DNA from: a bacterium
Lineage (GTDB): Bacteria; Patescibacteriota; Doudnabacteria; UBA920
Length of the DNA: 64,000 bases
Direction: 5' to 3'
NCBI GenBank assembly: GCA_016699995.1
Contig: CP064996.1
Span: forward strand, 837,747 to 901,746
Below, piece by piece: positions 20,394 to 30,292 of the stretch. A model generated the notes under the pieces. The model made no database searches. It saw only the letters and a program-made list of their open reading frames with translations, and was not told the origin of the DNA. The position numbers were made by a program, and so were the translations under genes. Each line of letters opens with the position of its first letter. The stretch's first letter is position 1.

Positions 20394-21393
20394 ATGACGG
20401 AAATAGAACATATTTTAAAACGCTGGCCTATCGATAAACCTGTTTCAATTAAAAAAGTGGAGACTGGACTTCTTAACAAGACCTATGTCATTCGAACTTT
20501 TGATGGTTTATTTGTTTTGCAACAGCTCCACCCGGCCGTATCTTTAGATGGCTGCACCGAAAACTATTTTCAGGTTACCAAGTTTCTTTTAGGTAAAGGC
20601 AAAATCACCCAAACAATTACACCAACCAACGAAGGCCAACTTTGGGTTGATATAGATGGGAAGCCGCTGGAGACTGATCCATGGCATAGAAGGCGAAGTT
20701 TACACCGCCACCCCTGCAACAGAAATCGCTTTCAGAGCTGGCAAGGTCTTGGCACAATTTCACAGCCAATTGAAAAACTATACCGAAGAGCTAAAGCCGA
20801 CTCTTCCAATGTTTCGGTATGATGAAGTTCTAAATAAACTAATCAAGTACGAACCGCAATTTCTAGCGACTAGAGACCCTAAAGTTATACAAGCTTTCAC
20901 ATTATTAAAGGATCAGTTTCCCAAATTACTGCTTCCTAAAAACTTACCCGAGCAGATTATTCACACGGACCCAAAAATCACCAATTTTCTGTTTAACATC
21001 CAGGACCAGGGAATCTGCATGATAGACCTGGATACGATTCAAAAGCTTTCTCCGTTATACGATATAGGTGATTGTGTAAGGTCGCTGTGCGGCCAGAGTG
21101 AAGACAATCCGAACAATGTTTTTGACAAAGAAAGATATGAAGCCATTATCAAGGGATATTTGCATGTGGAACAAACGGCCTTTGCAACAATCCTTTCGGA
21201 TACCGAAAAGGCTCTCATTCCTCAAGCTTGCCAGCTGATTATGCTTGGCTTGGCATCACGTTTCTTAAATGATTATATAGACGACAATTACTTTGGCTGG
21301 GATGAAACAAGGTACACAAGCCGAAAGGACCACAACCTGGCCCGAGCTATAGGACAGATCGCTTTGTGGCACAGCATGAAACAGCAGGCTTGA
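20394..21393 (+). pseudogene. APH-fold phosphotransferase (aminoglycoside/choline-kinase-like) split by a +1 frame shift near 20660
   Basis: N-lobe in ORF 20394..20822, kinase core (HTDPKITNFLF, IDLDT) in ORF 20656..21393; frames join around ...VDIDGK / WRLIHGIEGEVY. Confidence 0.6.
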
Positions 21394-21447
21394 AGTATAT
21401 TGCTAAATCTGATAAATTACCAAGACGTTAAAAATTCAGGAGGAAAC

Positions 21448-22086
21448 ATGGAAGCTTACGGACTAACCGGAAACATCGGCTGCGGCAAGAGCACAGTAGC
21501 TAAAATACTCGCTAAATTTAAAGGCGTAGCTGTCTTTGACTGCGATCAAATCTCCAAGGAACTTATGTCGAGCGGCAGATACATTAAAGAAATTAATACA
21601 ATTTTACAAGATAATGTATTCGACATCACCCATGGCAACCGTCCCGACCTGCCTAAGATAGCAAAGATAATTTTTAGCCATCCGGAGCGGAAAATGGCTT
21701 TGGAAAAATTTATTCATCCATTTGTATGGCAAGAAGTCGAACAGCAGGTTAATGCCCAGGACGGCAAAAAGCTCTGCGTAGTCGAATCGGCGATTATCTT
21801 CGAAACCAGAAATCAGGACAGATTTACAGATATCATTACCGTAACATGCAATCAGGTAGAACAGCTGCGGCGCTTAAGAGAAAATCGCAAGATGAGTGAG
21901 GACCAAATCAAAGCGCGCATCGTTCAGCAAGTCCCTTCTAGCTATAAAGAAAAAAATGCTAGATATGTGATTAACACTGACTGCAGTCCGGAACAGCTCG
22001 AGCAAAGAGTAGAATCACTTTACCGGCAGCTGCGGTTTCGCAATTGGCGGCAGCTTAAAAATAACTCACGTCTATTTCTGACGTGA
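21448..22086 (+). CDS. coaE: dephospho-CoA kinase
   Basis: YGLTGNIGCGKSTVAKIL P-loop at N-terminus; AGGAGG-like RBS before ATG at 21448. Confidence 0.85.
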   Translation: MEAYGLTGNIGCGKSTVAKILAKFKGVAVFDCDQISKELMSSGRYIKEINTILQDNVFDITHGNRPDLPKIAKIIFSHPERKMALEKFIHPFVWQEVEQQVNAQDGKKLCVVESAIIFETRNQDRFTDIITVTCNQVEQLRRLRENRKMSEDQIKARIVQQVPSSYKEKNARYVINTDCSPEQLEQRVESLYRQLRFRNWRQLKNNSRLFLT

Positions 22087-22524
22087 TTTTTTATATGCTT
22101 CAATGTATTTTTTCACCGACTGATTCTTTAAAACTTGCTGTATAGTTTTTAAATCCAAATCTTCAATTTTCTTAAACCGCAAACAGCTTTTTCCCATATC
22201 CAATTTCTTGCCAGACTTTTTATATCCATCAACCAGCATCTTGTAAGTCTTTGGGTCGCCGTATACCGTCATTAGATACAAAGCGTAATAATTTTTTTGA
22301 ACCGCCAGACCCATAAAAGGCAATGGCTGCTTTGGATCATTTAAATAGCCTTCGGGAAATATTTTTAGCGGGACAGAATAGCAAATCATTCCCCATTGCA
22401 TAAACTCAGCAACTTCTTTCGGTAAGAAAGATTTCAAATTTTTGCGCACATACTCTATAACAGTTTTCTGCTCTGCTGTTAGCGCTTTGATATATTCACT
22501 GGGAGTCTTGGCTTTTGATTGCAT
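22072..22524 (-). CDS. DUF1801 (YdhG-like) domain protein
   Basis: 151 aa from internal Met of track ORF 22072..22905; the upstream part of that ORF is a spurious translation of the repeat. Confidence 0.6.
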   Translation of the reverse strand: MQSKAKTPSEYIKALTAEQKTVIEYVRKNLKSFLPKEVAEFMQWGMICYSVPLKIFPEGYLNDPKQPLPFMGLAVQKNYYALYLMTVYGDPKTYKMLVDGYKKSGKKLDMGKSCLRFKKIEDLDLKTIQQVLKNQSVKKYIEAYKKSRQK

Positions 22525-22532
22525 AAATGTCT

Positions 22533-22929
22533 TTGGCGGTGTTTTCTGGACGAAGTTCGAACATTTTTTGAGCAAAACCCCCAATAAGGAAGCCAGCCCC
22601 GCCACTGCTCGGAAACCTCGCCACACCACAGAAAAATACTCTTTGCTCTTTTCATTTTGCGCGCGCCCGATTTCTTTTTCTTCTAATGAAAAGAGTATTT
22701 TTCTGCGGTGTTCTGCCTTCCAAGTATTCAGGCAGGTGGCGGGGCTGTCCTCAATTTGATTTCGAAAAGAAAAAGCGGAATTCCCCCCAAACCCCCCTTC
22801 CGCTTTTTCTTTTCTCAAACGGAACGGGAACGGAAGCAGGCGGGCAAAAATTCCTTCCCCCCAACCCCCTTCCTTTTTGCCCGCCTGCTTGGGCTTCGCC
22901 CCCAAAACTTTTCGGCGGGACGGCGGGAC
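22533..22929. repeat. IR1-L: 397-bp GC-rich structured repeat, inverted copy of 30380..30776
   Basis: Base-by-base comparison: reverse complement matches the 30380..30776 copy with about 3 mismatches; nested palindromes and C-tract loops. Confidence 0.9.
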
Positions 22930-25625
22930 TATTTAATATTAAGCTTTTCACCTCTTTTTTCAAATGCCTCTTTTCCGCCTTCAAGTTTTAGCAATTCCTC
23001 TCTGTTTTTTGTGTCCTCAATTGTCGTTTCAATAACTTCCGTTTGCCCCGATTCATTTTTCAAAATGAAAATTTTCTCTGCATCTCCGTTGATTACAAAA
23101 TTTGCGTTATGGGTGGCAAAAATGATTTGGCGATCTGATTTTTTCTCTTTCAACAAAGGCACAAGATAATTCGCAATCAACGAGCTATCAAGATGAGCCT
23201 CTGGCTCATCAATAATTAGCGGATAATTCCCAAACAAAAGTAAAATCACAACTACCGCCGTACATCTTTGTCCGAAAGACGCTTGTTCAACATCTCGATT
23301 GTCATATTTGACTTGGATTATTTTGTTTAGCTTCACATCGTACAAATGTTTATCCCTAATTGCCTGAAAGATTTGAAAATTTTTCTCTTCCTTAAAAACC
23401 TCATCAAGAAATTTGGTGTATTTTTTATCGCTCTTCTGGGATTGTTGGATAATTTTTCTAACATCGTCAAATGAGTTTTTGGAAAAAGTTTGCTCATTGC
23501 CCGTTATAAATTCGCACACTTCTTTGCCTCGTTCCGTATCGTGGTACTTTGTGAAAAAATAATTGTAAAACTCTTCTGCCAGAGCAACCCAAGCACCTTT
23601 TTCGTTGAAAGAATATTCGAGTGAAATTTGCTTGATATCTTTCCCTTGATTGTCTTCAAACTGTTTCTTCAATAAATCCTGCAAGGGTTTCAATATCTCG
23701 GTAATTTTTGTTTCGTAATTTTGTTTATTTGTGCTTAATCCAGCGACAACATTTTCGAGCGTTGCAAGCACTTTTGTTTTTGCCTCAATTTGAGCGGTTA
23801 AGCTCTTAATTTCGCTTTCCAAGTTCGTTATTTTTTGTGGAGCGGATTTGATCTGCTCAACGCTTTCGGGAGTATAACCAGCTTTCTCAATTAGTGTCTT
23901 GGCTTTAGCTTCCAATTCTGTCAGAGCTTTTTTGATCTCCGATTCTTTCTTTGCTTCCTCTGCAAACTTTTCTTCTTTCAATAATTCAACCGCTTCAGCA
24001 ATCTTGGCTACTGCAAGGTCATAGGCTTTTTCGTATTCAGTTTTTTCAACTTCTTCTTTTGATTCTTCAGATTCAGATTCTGGAATTAGATCAGACAGTG
24101 AATTTTTAAGATCAGATATATTTTCTTTCCAATCTTCTAACTCCTGCAACTCTTTTGATTTATCTGTAATTCCAGTAATAACCTCGTTATATTCTTTGCT
24201 CGATAATACTTTAACGCTACTTTCAAGCGTCCTTTTTTCTTTTTCTTTTGCAATTTTTTGATCCTCAAGAGTTTTCAAATCAGAAACGGCTTGAATAATT
24301 TGACCAAGTTTGCCTTTCAAGGATTCAATTTCTTCCTCGTATTCCTCTAAAATATTACCTGCGTGCGAATTAGCTCTGTCATAAATTGCTTGCGTAAATT
24401 TAGATTTATCCCGCGCAAAAGTTTCTATTTCGCTTTGAGCTAAAAATTCAAAAATTTCAGTTCCGCCAAAGGAAAAAATATTGTTGTCATTCGGATCAAA
24501 AGAGGGGCTTAAATTATTCCAAAACTTTTTTGGAGAATCGGGGTTGTTTGAATGCAATCCCAGAAAATTCAAAATAGTGCTTTTTCCTGATCCTCTACCA
24601 CCGATAAAACAATTAAAATATGGGCTTAAGTTATATGAGCCGTTATTCCCAGCAAAACAAAACTTATCTTCGCCAACTTTTGCGTCGGTAGGAATTTTTA
24701 GAGTAATTGTGTCAATCGTGTTTATCGGCTTTTTTGGTTTTTCCTCACCAATAAAAATTCTTGTTTCTGGCTCATAAACAATTTGCTTCAATCCCTCAAA
24801 TGTTGGCTCGGCTTTAATCCAGCAATATTTTTCAATCGGTTTTGAATCTTTATCCTTTAGCTTTCCAATTGGATAATCTTGAGCGTGTGAATCGCTTCCT
24901 TTTATACAAGCCTTTTTTCGTAAAAACCAACCGCGAAACTGATCTTGTGTAAATTTTACAGTTCCGTCAGTTTTCAAATCAGATTTCCAAAGGAAAAAAT
25001 CAATTTGTTTTTGTCGTGAAGAACCTAAAACATCAGCAGTTCTTATGTAATTACTCTTTATCCACTCATCTGAATTCGGATCAATTTCATCAATACCGCC
25101 GTATTCATCATACGGAAGCCACAATAAAAATTTATCCTTAAATTTTTCGTCCTGGTTTAATTCAGTTAGCAAAGAACCGAGGGAGATTTTCTTATCTTTC
25201 AGTTTGGCTTTGTCATCATAATCGCCACTGATTTTTGTTCCGTTGCTTTTCAACCCCTTAATTAAATTTTCAATGTCAGCAATTTGTATTTGGTCATCAA
25301 AAATAATATGAAAATTGAAATGAGTTGCCCCGTTTGTTGTGGTGTTTTTGTTTTGTACGCTTTCAGTCATTCGAAATTCAACAACGGGCAGGATTTTCTT
25401 ACCGCCAACATCTAAATCGCCCTTGTCGATTTTTTCTTTGATTTGTTTGTATCCTGCTACTGAAAAATAATCATTTATCCCAATAACATCACAATCAGCG
25501 TTTTTCAGTTGAGTTTCAAATTGATCCCAAGTACCAGAAAAGCCGTCAGAAGCAGGGCTATGCACATGCAAATCCCATTTTCTCCATTCGGAGCCGATAT
25601 TTGGTTTTGGAATCTTACTGCTCAT
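22929..25625 (-). CDS. PHP-domain phosphoesterase fused to Rad50/SMC-like ABC ATPase with long coiled-coil insert
   Basis: 898 aa; N-terminal PHP-like WDLHVHSPASDG..VIGINDY; Walker A GGRGSGKST; about 400 aa coiled coil; C-terminal signature ASFGQR, Walker B LIIDEPEAHLD, H-loop IFATHNANF. Confidence 0.8.
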   Translation of the reverse strand: MSSKIPKPNIGSEWRKWDLHVHSPASDGFSGTWDQFETQLKNADCDVIGINDYFSVAGYKQIKEKIDKGDLDVGGKKILPVVEFRMTESVQNKNTTTNGATHFNFHIIFDDQIQIADIENLIKGLKSNGTKISGDYDDKAKLKDKKISLGSLLTELNQDEKFKDKFLLWLPYDEYGGIDEIDPNSDEWIKSNYIRTADVLGSSRQKQIDFFLWKSDLKTDGTVKFTQDQFRGWFLRKKACIKGSDSHAQDYPIGKLKDKDSKPIEKYCWIKAEPTFEGLKQIVYEPETRIFIGEEKPKKPINTIDTITLKIPTDAKVGEDKFCFAGNNGSYNLSPYFNCFIGGRGSGKSTILNFLGLHSNNPDSPKKFWNNLSPSFDPNDNNIFSFGGTEIFEFLAQSEIETFARDKSKFTQAIYDRANSHAGNILEEYEEEIESLKGKLGQIIQAVSDLKTLEDQKIAKEKEKRTLESSVKVLSSKEYNEVITGITDKSKELQELEDWKENISDLKNSLSDLIPESESEESKEEVEKTEYEKAYDLAVAKIAEAVELLKEEKFAEEAKKESEIKKALTELEAKAKTLIEKAGYTPESVEQIKSAPQKITNLESEIKSLTAQIEAKTKVLATLENVVAGLSTNKQNYETKITEILKPLQDLLKKQFEDNQGKDIKQISLEYSFNEKGAWVALAEEFYNYFFTKYHDTERGKEVCEFITGNEQTFSKNSFDDVRKIIQQSQKSDKKYTKFLDEVFKEEKNFQIFQAIRDKHLYDVKLNKIIQVKYDNRDVEQASFGQRCTAVVVILLLFGNYPLIIDEPEAHLDSSLIANYLVPLLKEKKSDRQIIFATHNANFVINGDAEKIFILKNESGQTEVIETTIEDTKNREELLKLEGGKEAFEKRGEKLNIK

Positions 25626-25627
25626 AT

Positions 25628-27463
25628 TTATTCTGAAAAAATTTTCACTTTTATATCTTCCTTGAGTTTATGTATTGAATTTTCATATTCCTTTATTTGA
25701 TTTTCTCTTTCTTCAATCTTTTTCATTATCTTTTTTTGTACTTCCATTGGAGGTAACGGAAAACTAAAATTTTGGATTGCACCTAATTTGATATACGCCA
25801 TAGTATTTCCCAGTTTTTGTTGTAGAACAGAATCTTTCAAAGTGTTCTTTAACACGAAATATAAGTATTTAGGTTCAATATTAACAAAATCAGTTAGAAC
25901 ATATGTTCTTTGGTATGCTTCAAATTTACCCTTAAAATAAGTTACTGTGCCAACATCTCCGTTGCCTGCTATAAGTATCGCTTCTGCATCAAATGAAAAA
26001 ACATCACTATAAGTATGATTTTGGGCGCAAGTAAAAAAAGGGTACTTTCCATTTGGATTGCCTTCATTAACATTTTTCTTTCCCGTTCTTATTTTGCAAA
26101 TGTCGCCAAGTTTAACGCTTTCCCACTTACTTTTTCCTCGGTGGTCAGTTTGAAAATATGTTTTGTAATTTAGACTAACTTCACTGTGGTTTAATATCTC
26201 GTCTTTACTTACCCAAAAAACTTTTTTGCTTGGATTCTTTTTGCCATTTTTCCAATCAGTGATTACTTGGAGGGCTTCAGGCAAATCATTTTTTTCTATT
26301 TTTTGTCGTTTTGCACCGAGATCATAGCCGTCTGCTTCAACATTAATAAACAAAATATCTTTAACTTTTTTTGAAATTGAATTGTCAAAAAAAAGTACAC
26401 TTGTTTTAATCGTTGCGGAATATGGATTAAAAATTCCTACTGGCAAAGAAACGATCGCATATAACCCATCTTCTACCATTTTTTTTCTTAACGATTGATT
26501 AGCATTGCTTGTTTGAAACATTATTCCCTCAGGGACTACAATTCCACCTCGACCACTGATATTTAAATGTTCTATGATGTAATCAACAAACAAAACTTCT
26601 GCACGATTTGCCTGTATAGAAAATCGCTTGTGTGGCACTACTCCTCCACGAGGTGTCATAAAAGGAGGATTTGCCATTATCACATCAAAAGTTTCGTCCC
26701 AACGCTTTTCACTGGTCAGCGAATCATACTCGTGAATTTTTGGCTCTGGGAATCCGTGCAGATACATATTCACAAGCGCCAATTTCACCATATCAGGCGA
26801 AATATCATAGCCTGCCAAATTATTCATCAATTTTAATTTTTCGTCTGGCGTGAGCGGTTTTTCTTTGTTGGTTTTCAAAATGTGCTTGTAGGCAGAAATC
26901 AAAAATCCAGCCGTTCCGCAAGCGGGATCAAGAATTGTTTCGTTCTTTTTTGGATCAACAACTTCAACAATAAAATCAATAATGTGGCGAGGCGTGCGGA
27001 ATTGTCCCGCGTCGCCTTGGCTTCCGAGAATAGAAAGCAAATATTCAAAAGCATTGCCTAAATTTTCGCTGTGTTCGTAATTAAATTCGTTGATCTCTTT
27101 GAGGAATAGCGAAAGCGTGCGAGGGTCGTTGTATGGCAAAAACGCGCCTTTGAAAATATCACGGAACAATTGCGGAATATGCGGATTTTTCGACATATTC
27201 GTAATTGCTTGAACATACAAATCAAGGCGTTCTTGCCCCGAAAGTTTATTGTCCAAAAGTTTCGTCCAAGCGTATTGCGAAAATCCGTTGGCGAAAAATT
27301 TTGCCTCTCCGCCGAGTTCTTCAGATTCCTTGTCCATATCGTCCATAAACTTATAGACAAGAGCGGTCGTGATTTGTTCAACTTGAGCTTTTGGGTCTGG
27401 CACTTTACCGACAAGAATTTGTCGGGCAGAGTCTAGTTTTCGTTTTGTAGTTTGATCAAGCAT
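25628..27463 (-). CDS. hsdM: N6-adenine DNA methyltransferase (HsdM-like) fused to a single target-recognition domain
   Basis: 611 aa; AdoMet motif DPACGTAGFL, catalytic NPPF; C-terminal HsdS-like TRD plus coiled-coil tail. Confidence 0.85.
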   Translation of the reverse strand: MLDQTTKRKLDSARQILVGKVPDPKAQVEQITTALVYKFMDDMDKESEELGGEAKFFANGFSQYAWTKLLDNKLSGQERLDLYVQAITNMSKNPHIPQLFRDIFKGAFLPYNDPRTLSLFLKEINEFNYEHSENLGNAFEYLLSILGSQGDAGQFRTPRHIIDFIVEVVDPKKNETILDPACGTAGFLISAYKHILKTNKEKPLTPDEKLKLMNNLAGYDISPDMVKLALVNMYLHGFPEPKIHEYDSLTSEKRWDETFDVIMANPPFMTPRGGVVPHKRFSIQANRAEVLFVDYIIEHLNISGRGGIVVPEGIMFQTSNANQSLRKKMVEDGLYAIVSLPVGIFNPYSATIKTSVLFFDNSISKKVKDILFINVEADGYDLGAKRQKIEKNDLPEALQVITDWKNGKKNPSKKVFWVSKDEILNHSEVSLNYKTYFQTDHRGKSKWESVKLGDICKIRTGKKNVNEGNPNGKYPFFTCAQNHTYSDVFSFDAEAILIAGNGDVGTVTYFKGKFEAYQRTYVLTDFVNIEPKYLYFVLKNTLKDSVLQQKLGNTMAYIKLGAIQNFSFPLPPMEVQKKIMKKIEERENQIKEYENSIHKLKEDIKVKIFSE

Positions 27464-27473
27464 AATTTTTTGG

Positions 27474-29990
27474 TTACCTCATATAAACATTAACGGGAAC
27501 ATAGTCTTTCACATATTCAGGGACAGTTTCCCGCCAGCCGTTTAATTCCTTAAATTCCGACATTGTAAATCCAGCGTACACATTCAATTCCGCAAATTGT
27601 TTTTTGTTGATAATCTCGCGAAATTTTTCGTCTGTAACATACGCTTTCAGATAATTTTTGATATGCGGAACATATTTGCTTTCGGGCTTGTAGATTGAGA
27701 TAAACTTTTCGCATTCTTCTTCCAGTTTTTCGTCTTTGGATTTGAAAACATCAATCAAGCCGAAAGCTCTTTCCAAAAATTCACGCCAAGAAATACGGCG
27801 ATCAAGATTTTCGCTCTTGCGGATTTTTTCAAGATTCAGGAATAATTGCGGTTTGTCTTCGTATTTGTCGCGCATAATCTGCACGGCTTTGTCCCATTGC
27901 TCATTTTCCACGGCAGATTTTACTTCCGTGTCTTTTTGCAATTCTTCACGGGCTTTTTCAAAAAGTTTGCGATCAACTTTCATTCCCTCGATTCCGACAG
28001 GCGTTTCGGTAAGGGATTTTACTTTGTCGGGATTAAAAACTTCTATTTCATCAATATCAACGCCGACAGGTCCCTCTCCGCCAGTTCCTTTTTGTTTGAT
28101 TGGTAATTGCAAAATCTCGTCATAATCAAACTTTTCTTCAAAGTATTCGCAGTTTGCGAAGAAATCGAAAAATTTGAAATGATCTTTTGGCTTTTTGTGT
28201 TTCTCGCCATATTCGTCGGTATATTCAAAAGTGAATTTTCTTGTGCCTCGTCCTTTGATCTGAATAAAATCAGTCGGCGAAAAGATTGGGCGCATAAGCG
28301 CAAGATTCAAAATATCTTGGCAATCATAACCAGTCGTCATCATTCCGACAGTTACGCAAATTCTCGTTTTGCTGGATTTGTAGTTTTCCAAAAACTTGGT
28401 GTGTCCGTTTAGGTTGTTGTTGGCAAAATTGATTGTGAATTGCTGGCTGTCCGCAATATTTGAGGTGATTTGCACGGCAAAATCGGAATTGTATTTGTCG
28501 GGCCAAAGTTGGCTCGCCATTTGGTTGAGCGTTTGCGTTATTTTGGAAGCGTGCTTTTGACTGACGCAAAAGACAATAGTTTTGCCGATTTCACCGCTTA
28601 TCGGGTCTTTAAGAGAATTTTCAATGAGTGTCTGGCAAAAGACGCGATTTGTTTTTTCGGAAAAGAATTTCTTTTCAAAATCCTTTTGGAAAAATGTTTC
28701 TTCACTTTCTGTGCCATTCTCATCTTCAACCATAACCGCATAGCCCTTTTCCGATAGCAATTCGGTAGTGATGTCGGTTCGCGCGTCTGAAACGATAGGG
28801 TTGATCAAAAATCCTTCCTTTACGCCGTCAAGCAAACTGAAACGGAAAGTCGGCTCGCCATTTTTACAGCCAAAAGTCGTATAAGTGTCCAAGAGTTGCC
28901 GTCTTTCCCAAGCTCGTGGGTCTTTTTGTGATAATTTTTGCGGATCAACATTTTTCAAATAATCTTTCGGTGTTGCGGTTAAGCCCAATTTGTAGCCGAT
29001 AAAATATTCAAAAACTGCTCGCGAGTTTCCGCCTATTGCTCGGTGTGATTCATCGGCGATAATCAAATCAAAATCAGTCGGCGAGAAAAGTTTTTTATAT
29101 TTATCTTGCGCCGAAAGACTTTGAACTGTTGAAATGACAATTTCCGCTTTTTTCCAGTCGTCGCGGTTTTGCTTGTAAATAACAGAAGAAAAGTCATTGC
29201 TCAAATAGCGGACAAAGTTTTTATGGGCTTGGTCTTCCAATTCTAAACGATCAACCAAAAACAGAATTCTTTTAGCGTTGCCTGTTCGTAAAAACAGTTT
29301 GATAACGGCGGCGGAAATTAGAGTTTTTCCTGTGCCTGTCGCCATTTCAAAAAGAAAGCGATCATTTCCAGCTTCGGCGGACTTTTGCAAGGCGTGAATT
29401 GCTTTGAGTTGATACGGGCGCAAAATTCGCAAATTTTCGTCCCAAAGATATTGTTCACGAGTATCTTCTTTCTGATAACGAGGATCGTCTTTGAAATTTG
29501 GATTTTGCGTGAGGGCGATATAATCATCATTGACTTCCTCGTCTGCTAAACGCTGATTGTTGGGCTTAAAATCCTGCCTGTGCTTCAAAGATTCTTGCGT
29601 TGGAAATTCTGTGATAATTTCAGGATCGCCTCGTTCCAAATCCCAAAAATAATGAAGGTTGCCGTTTGAGAGAATTACAAAACGGGCGTTTTCAGTGTGA
29701 GCGTATTTTCTGGCTTGTTCTTTTCCGTCCAGTGGGTTTTTGTCTTCTTTTTTGGCTTCCAGAATAACGAGCGGGAAACCTTTTTCATCGAGCAATAAAA
29801 AATCAATAAAGCCGTTTTTTGTGGATTCAAAATCTTCACCAAAAGCGTCAATGTCTTTTTGGGTAAGTTTTACATTCGGTTCAAGCGAAATGTTTGCTTG
29901 TCCTTTTTCATTATCAAAAAATCGCCAGCCTGCTTGTTCAAGCAGTTTGTTTATTTTTATTCGCGCTTTTGCTTCTTTAGTATTTGCCAT
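27474..29990 (-). CDS. hsdR: restriction endonuclease R subunit (HsdR-like: PD-(D/E)xK nuclease + SF2 helicase)
   Basis: 838 aa; N-terminal nuclease FIDFLLLDEKGFPLVILEAKK; helicase motif I EMATGTGKT, motif II LIIADESHR. Confidence 0.85.
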   Translation of the reverse strand: MANTKEAKARIKINKLLEQAGWRFFDNEKGQANISLEPNVKLTQKDIDAFGEDFESTKNGFIDFLLLDEKGFPLVILEAKKEDKNPLDGKEQARKYAHTENARFVILSNGNLHYFWDLERGDPEIITEFPTQESLKHRQDFKPNNQRLADEEVNDDYIALTQNPNFKDDPRYQKEDTREQYLWDENLRILRPYQLKAIHALQKSAEAGNDRFLFEMATGTGKTLISAAVIKLFLRTGNAKRILFLVDRLELEDQAHKNFVRYLSNDFSSVIYKQNRDDWKKAEIVISTVQSLSAQDKYKKLFSPTDFDLIIADESHRAIGGNSRAVFEYFIGYKLGLTATPKDYLKNVDPQKLSQKDPRAWERRQLLDTYTTFGCKNGEPTFRFSLLDGVKEGFLINPIVSDARTDITTELLSEKGYAVMVEDENGTESEETFFQKDFEKKFFSEKTNRVFCQTLIENSLKDPISGEIGKTIVFCVSQKHASKITQTLNQMASQLWPDKYNSDFAVQITSNIADSQQFTINFANNNLNGHTKFLENYKSSKTRICVTVGMMTTGYDCQDILNLALMRPIFSPTDFIQIKGRGTRKFTFEYTDEYGEKHKKPKDHFKFFDFFANCEYFEEKFDYDEILQLPIKQKGTGGEGPVGVDIDEIEVFNPDKVKSLTETPVGIEGMKVDRKLFEKAREELQKDTEVKSAVENEQWDKAVQIMRDKYEDKPQLFLNLEKIRKSENLDRRISWREFLERAFGLIDVFKSKDEKLEEECEKFISIYKPESKYVPHIKNYLKAYVTDEKFREIINKKQFAELNVYAGFTMSEFKELNGWRETVPEYVKDYVPVNVYMR

Positions 29991-29994
29991 AGTT

Positions 29995-30204
29995 TTATTT
30001 CATTAAATCATCAAGGGAAACGCCGAGGGCGTCCGCGATTTTTTTGACTGTATCAATGGTGGGGTTGGGAGTAGAGCCAGCTTCAATCTTGGCGATTGTA
30101 TGAAAAGCCAAATCCGCCTTTTTTGAAAGCTGATCTTGCGAAATGCCGAGCTTGTTTCGGTATTTCTTTATATTGTCGCCAATTGTGGATTTTTCGTTTG
30201 ACAT
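29995..30204 (-). CDS. XRE-family HTH regulator (candidate controller protein of the restriction operon)
   Basis: 69 aa; HTH LGISQDQLSKKADLAFHTIAKIE; first gene of the tightly packed operon. Confidence 0.8.
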   Translation of the reverse strand: MSNEKSTIGDNIKKYRNKLGISQDQLSKKADLAFHTIAKIEAGSTPNPTIDTVKKIADALGVSLDDLMK

Positions 30205-30263
30205 AATCGTATAGTTTTACTATTATAGTTGTATAGTATTAAAAACATCACTGATTTATAGTT

Positions 30264-30292
30264 AGTATATGGAATTTTTATCAATTAGTCAA
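30264..30292 (-). promoter_or_regulatory. sigma70-like promoter candidate for the controller-hsdR-hsdM-PHP/ABC operon (TTGACT, 17-nt spacer, TATACT)
   Basis: Hexamers on minus strand about 60 nt upstream of HTH start; leader contains ACTATA direct/inverted repeats. Confidence 0.35.

Noticed and set aside
22525-23169. N-terminal 127 residues of track ORF 22072..22905 and overlapping ORFs 22686..22991, 22708..23169, 22751..22984
   Set aside because: Spurious reading frames across the GC-rich repeat IR1-L; the same peptides recur from the inverted copy, and the real DUF1801 gene starts at the internal Met (22524).
27736-28757. Several 80-130-aa plus-strand ORFs
   Set aside because: Antisense within hsdR, whose helicase motifs on the minus strand are clear.
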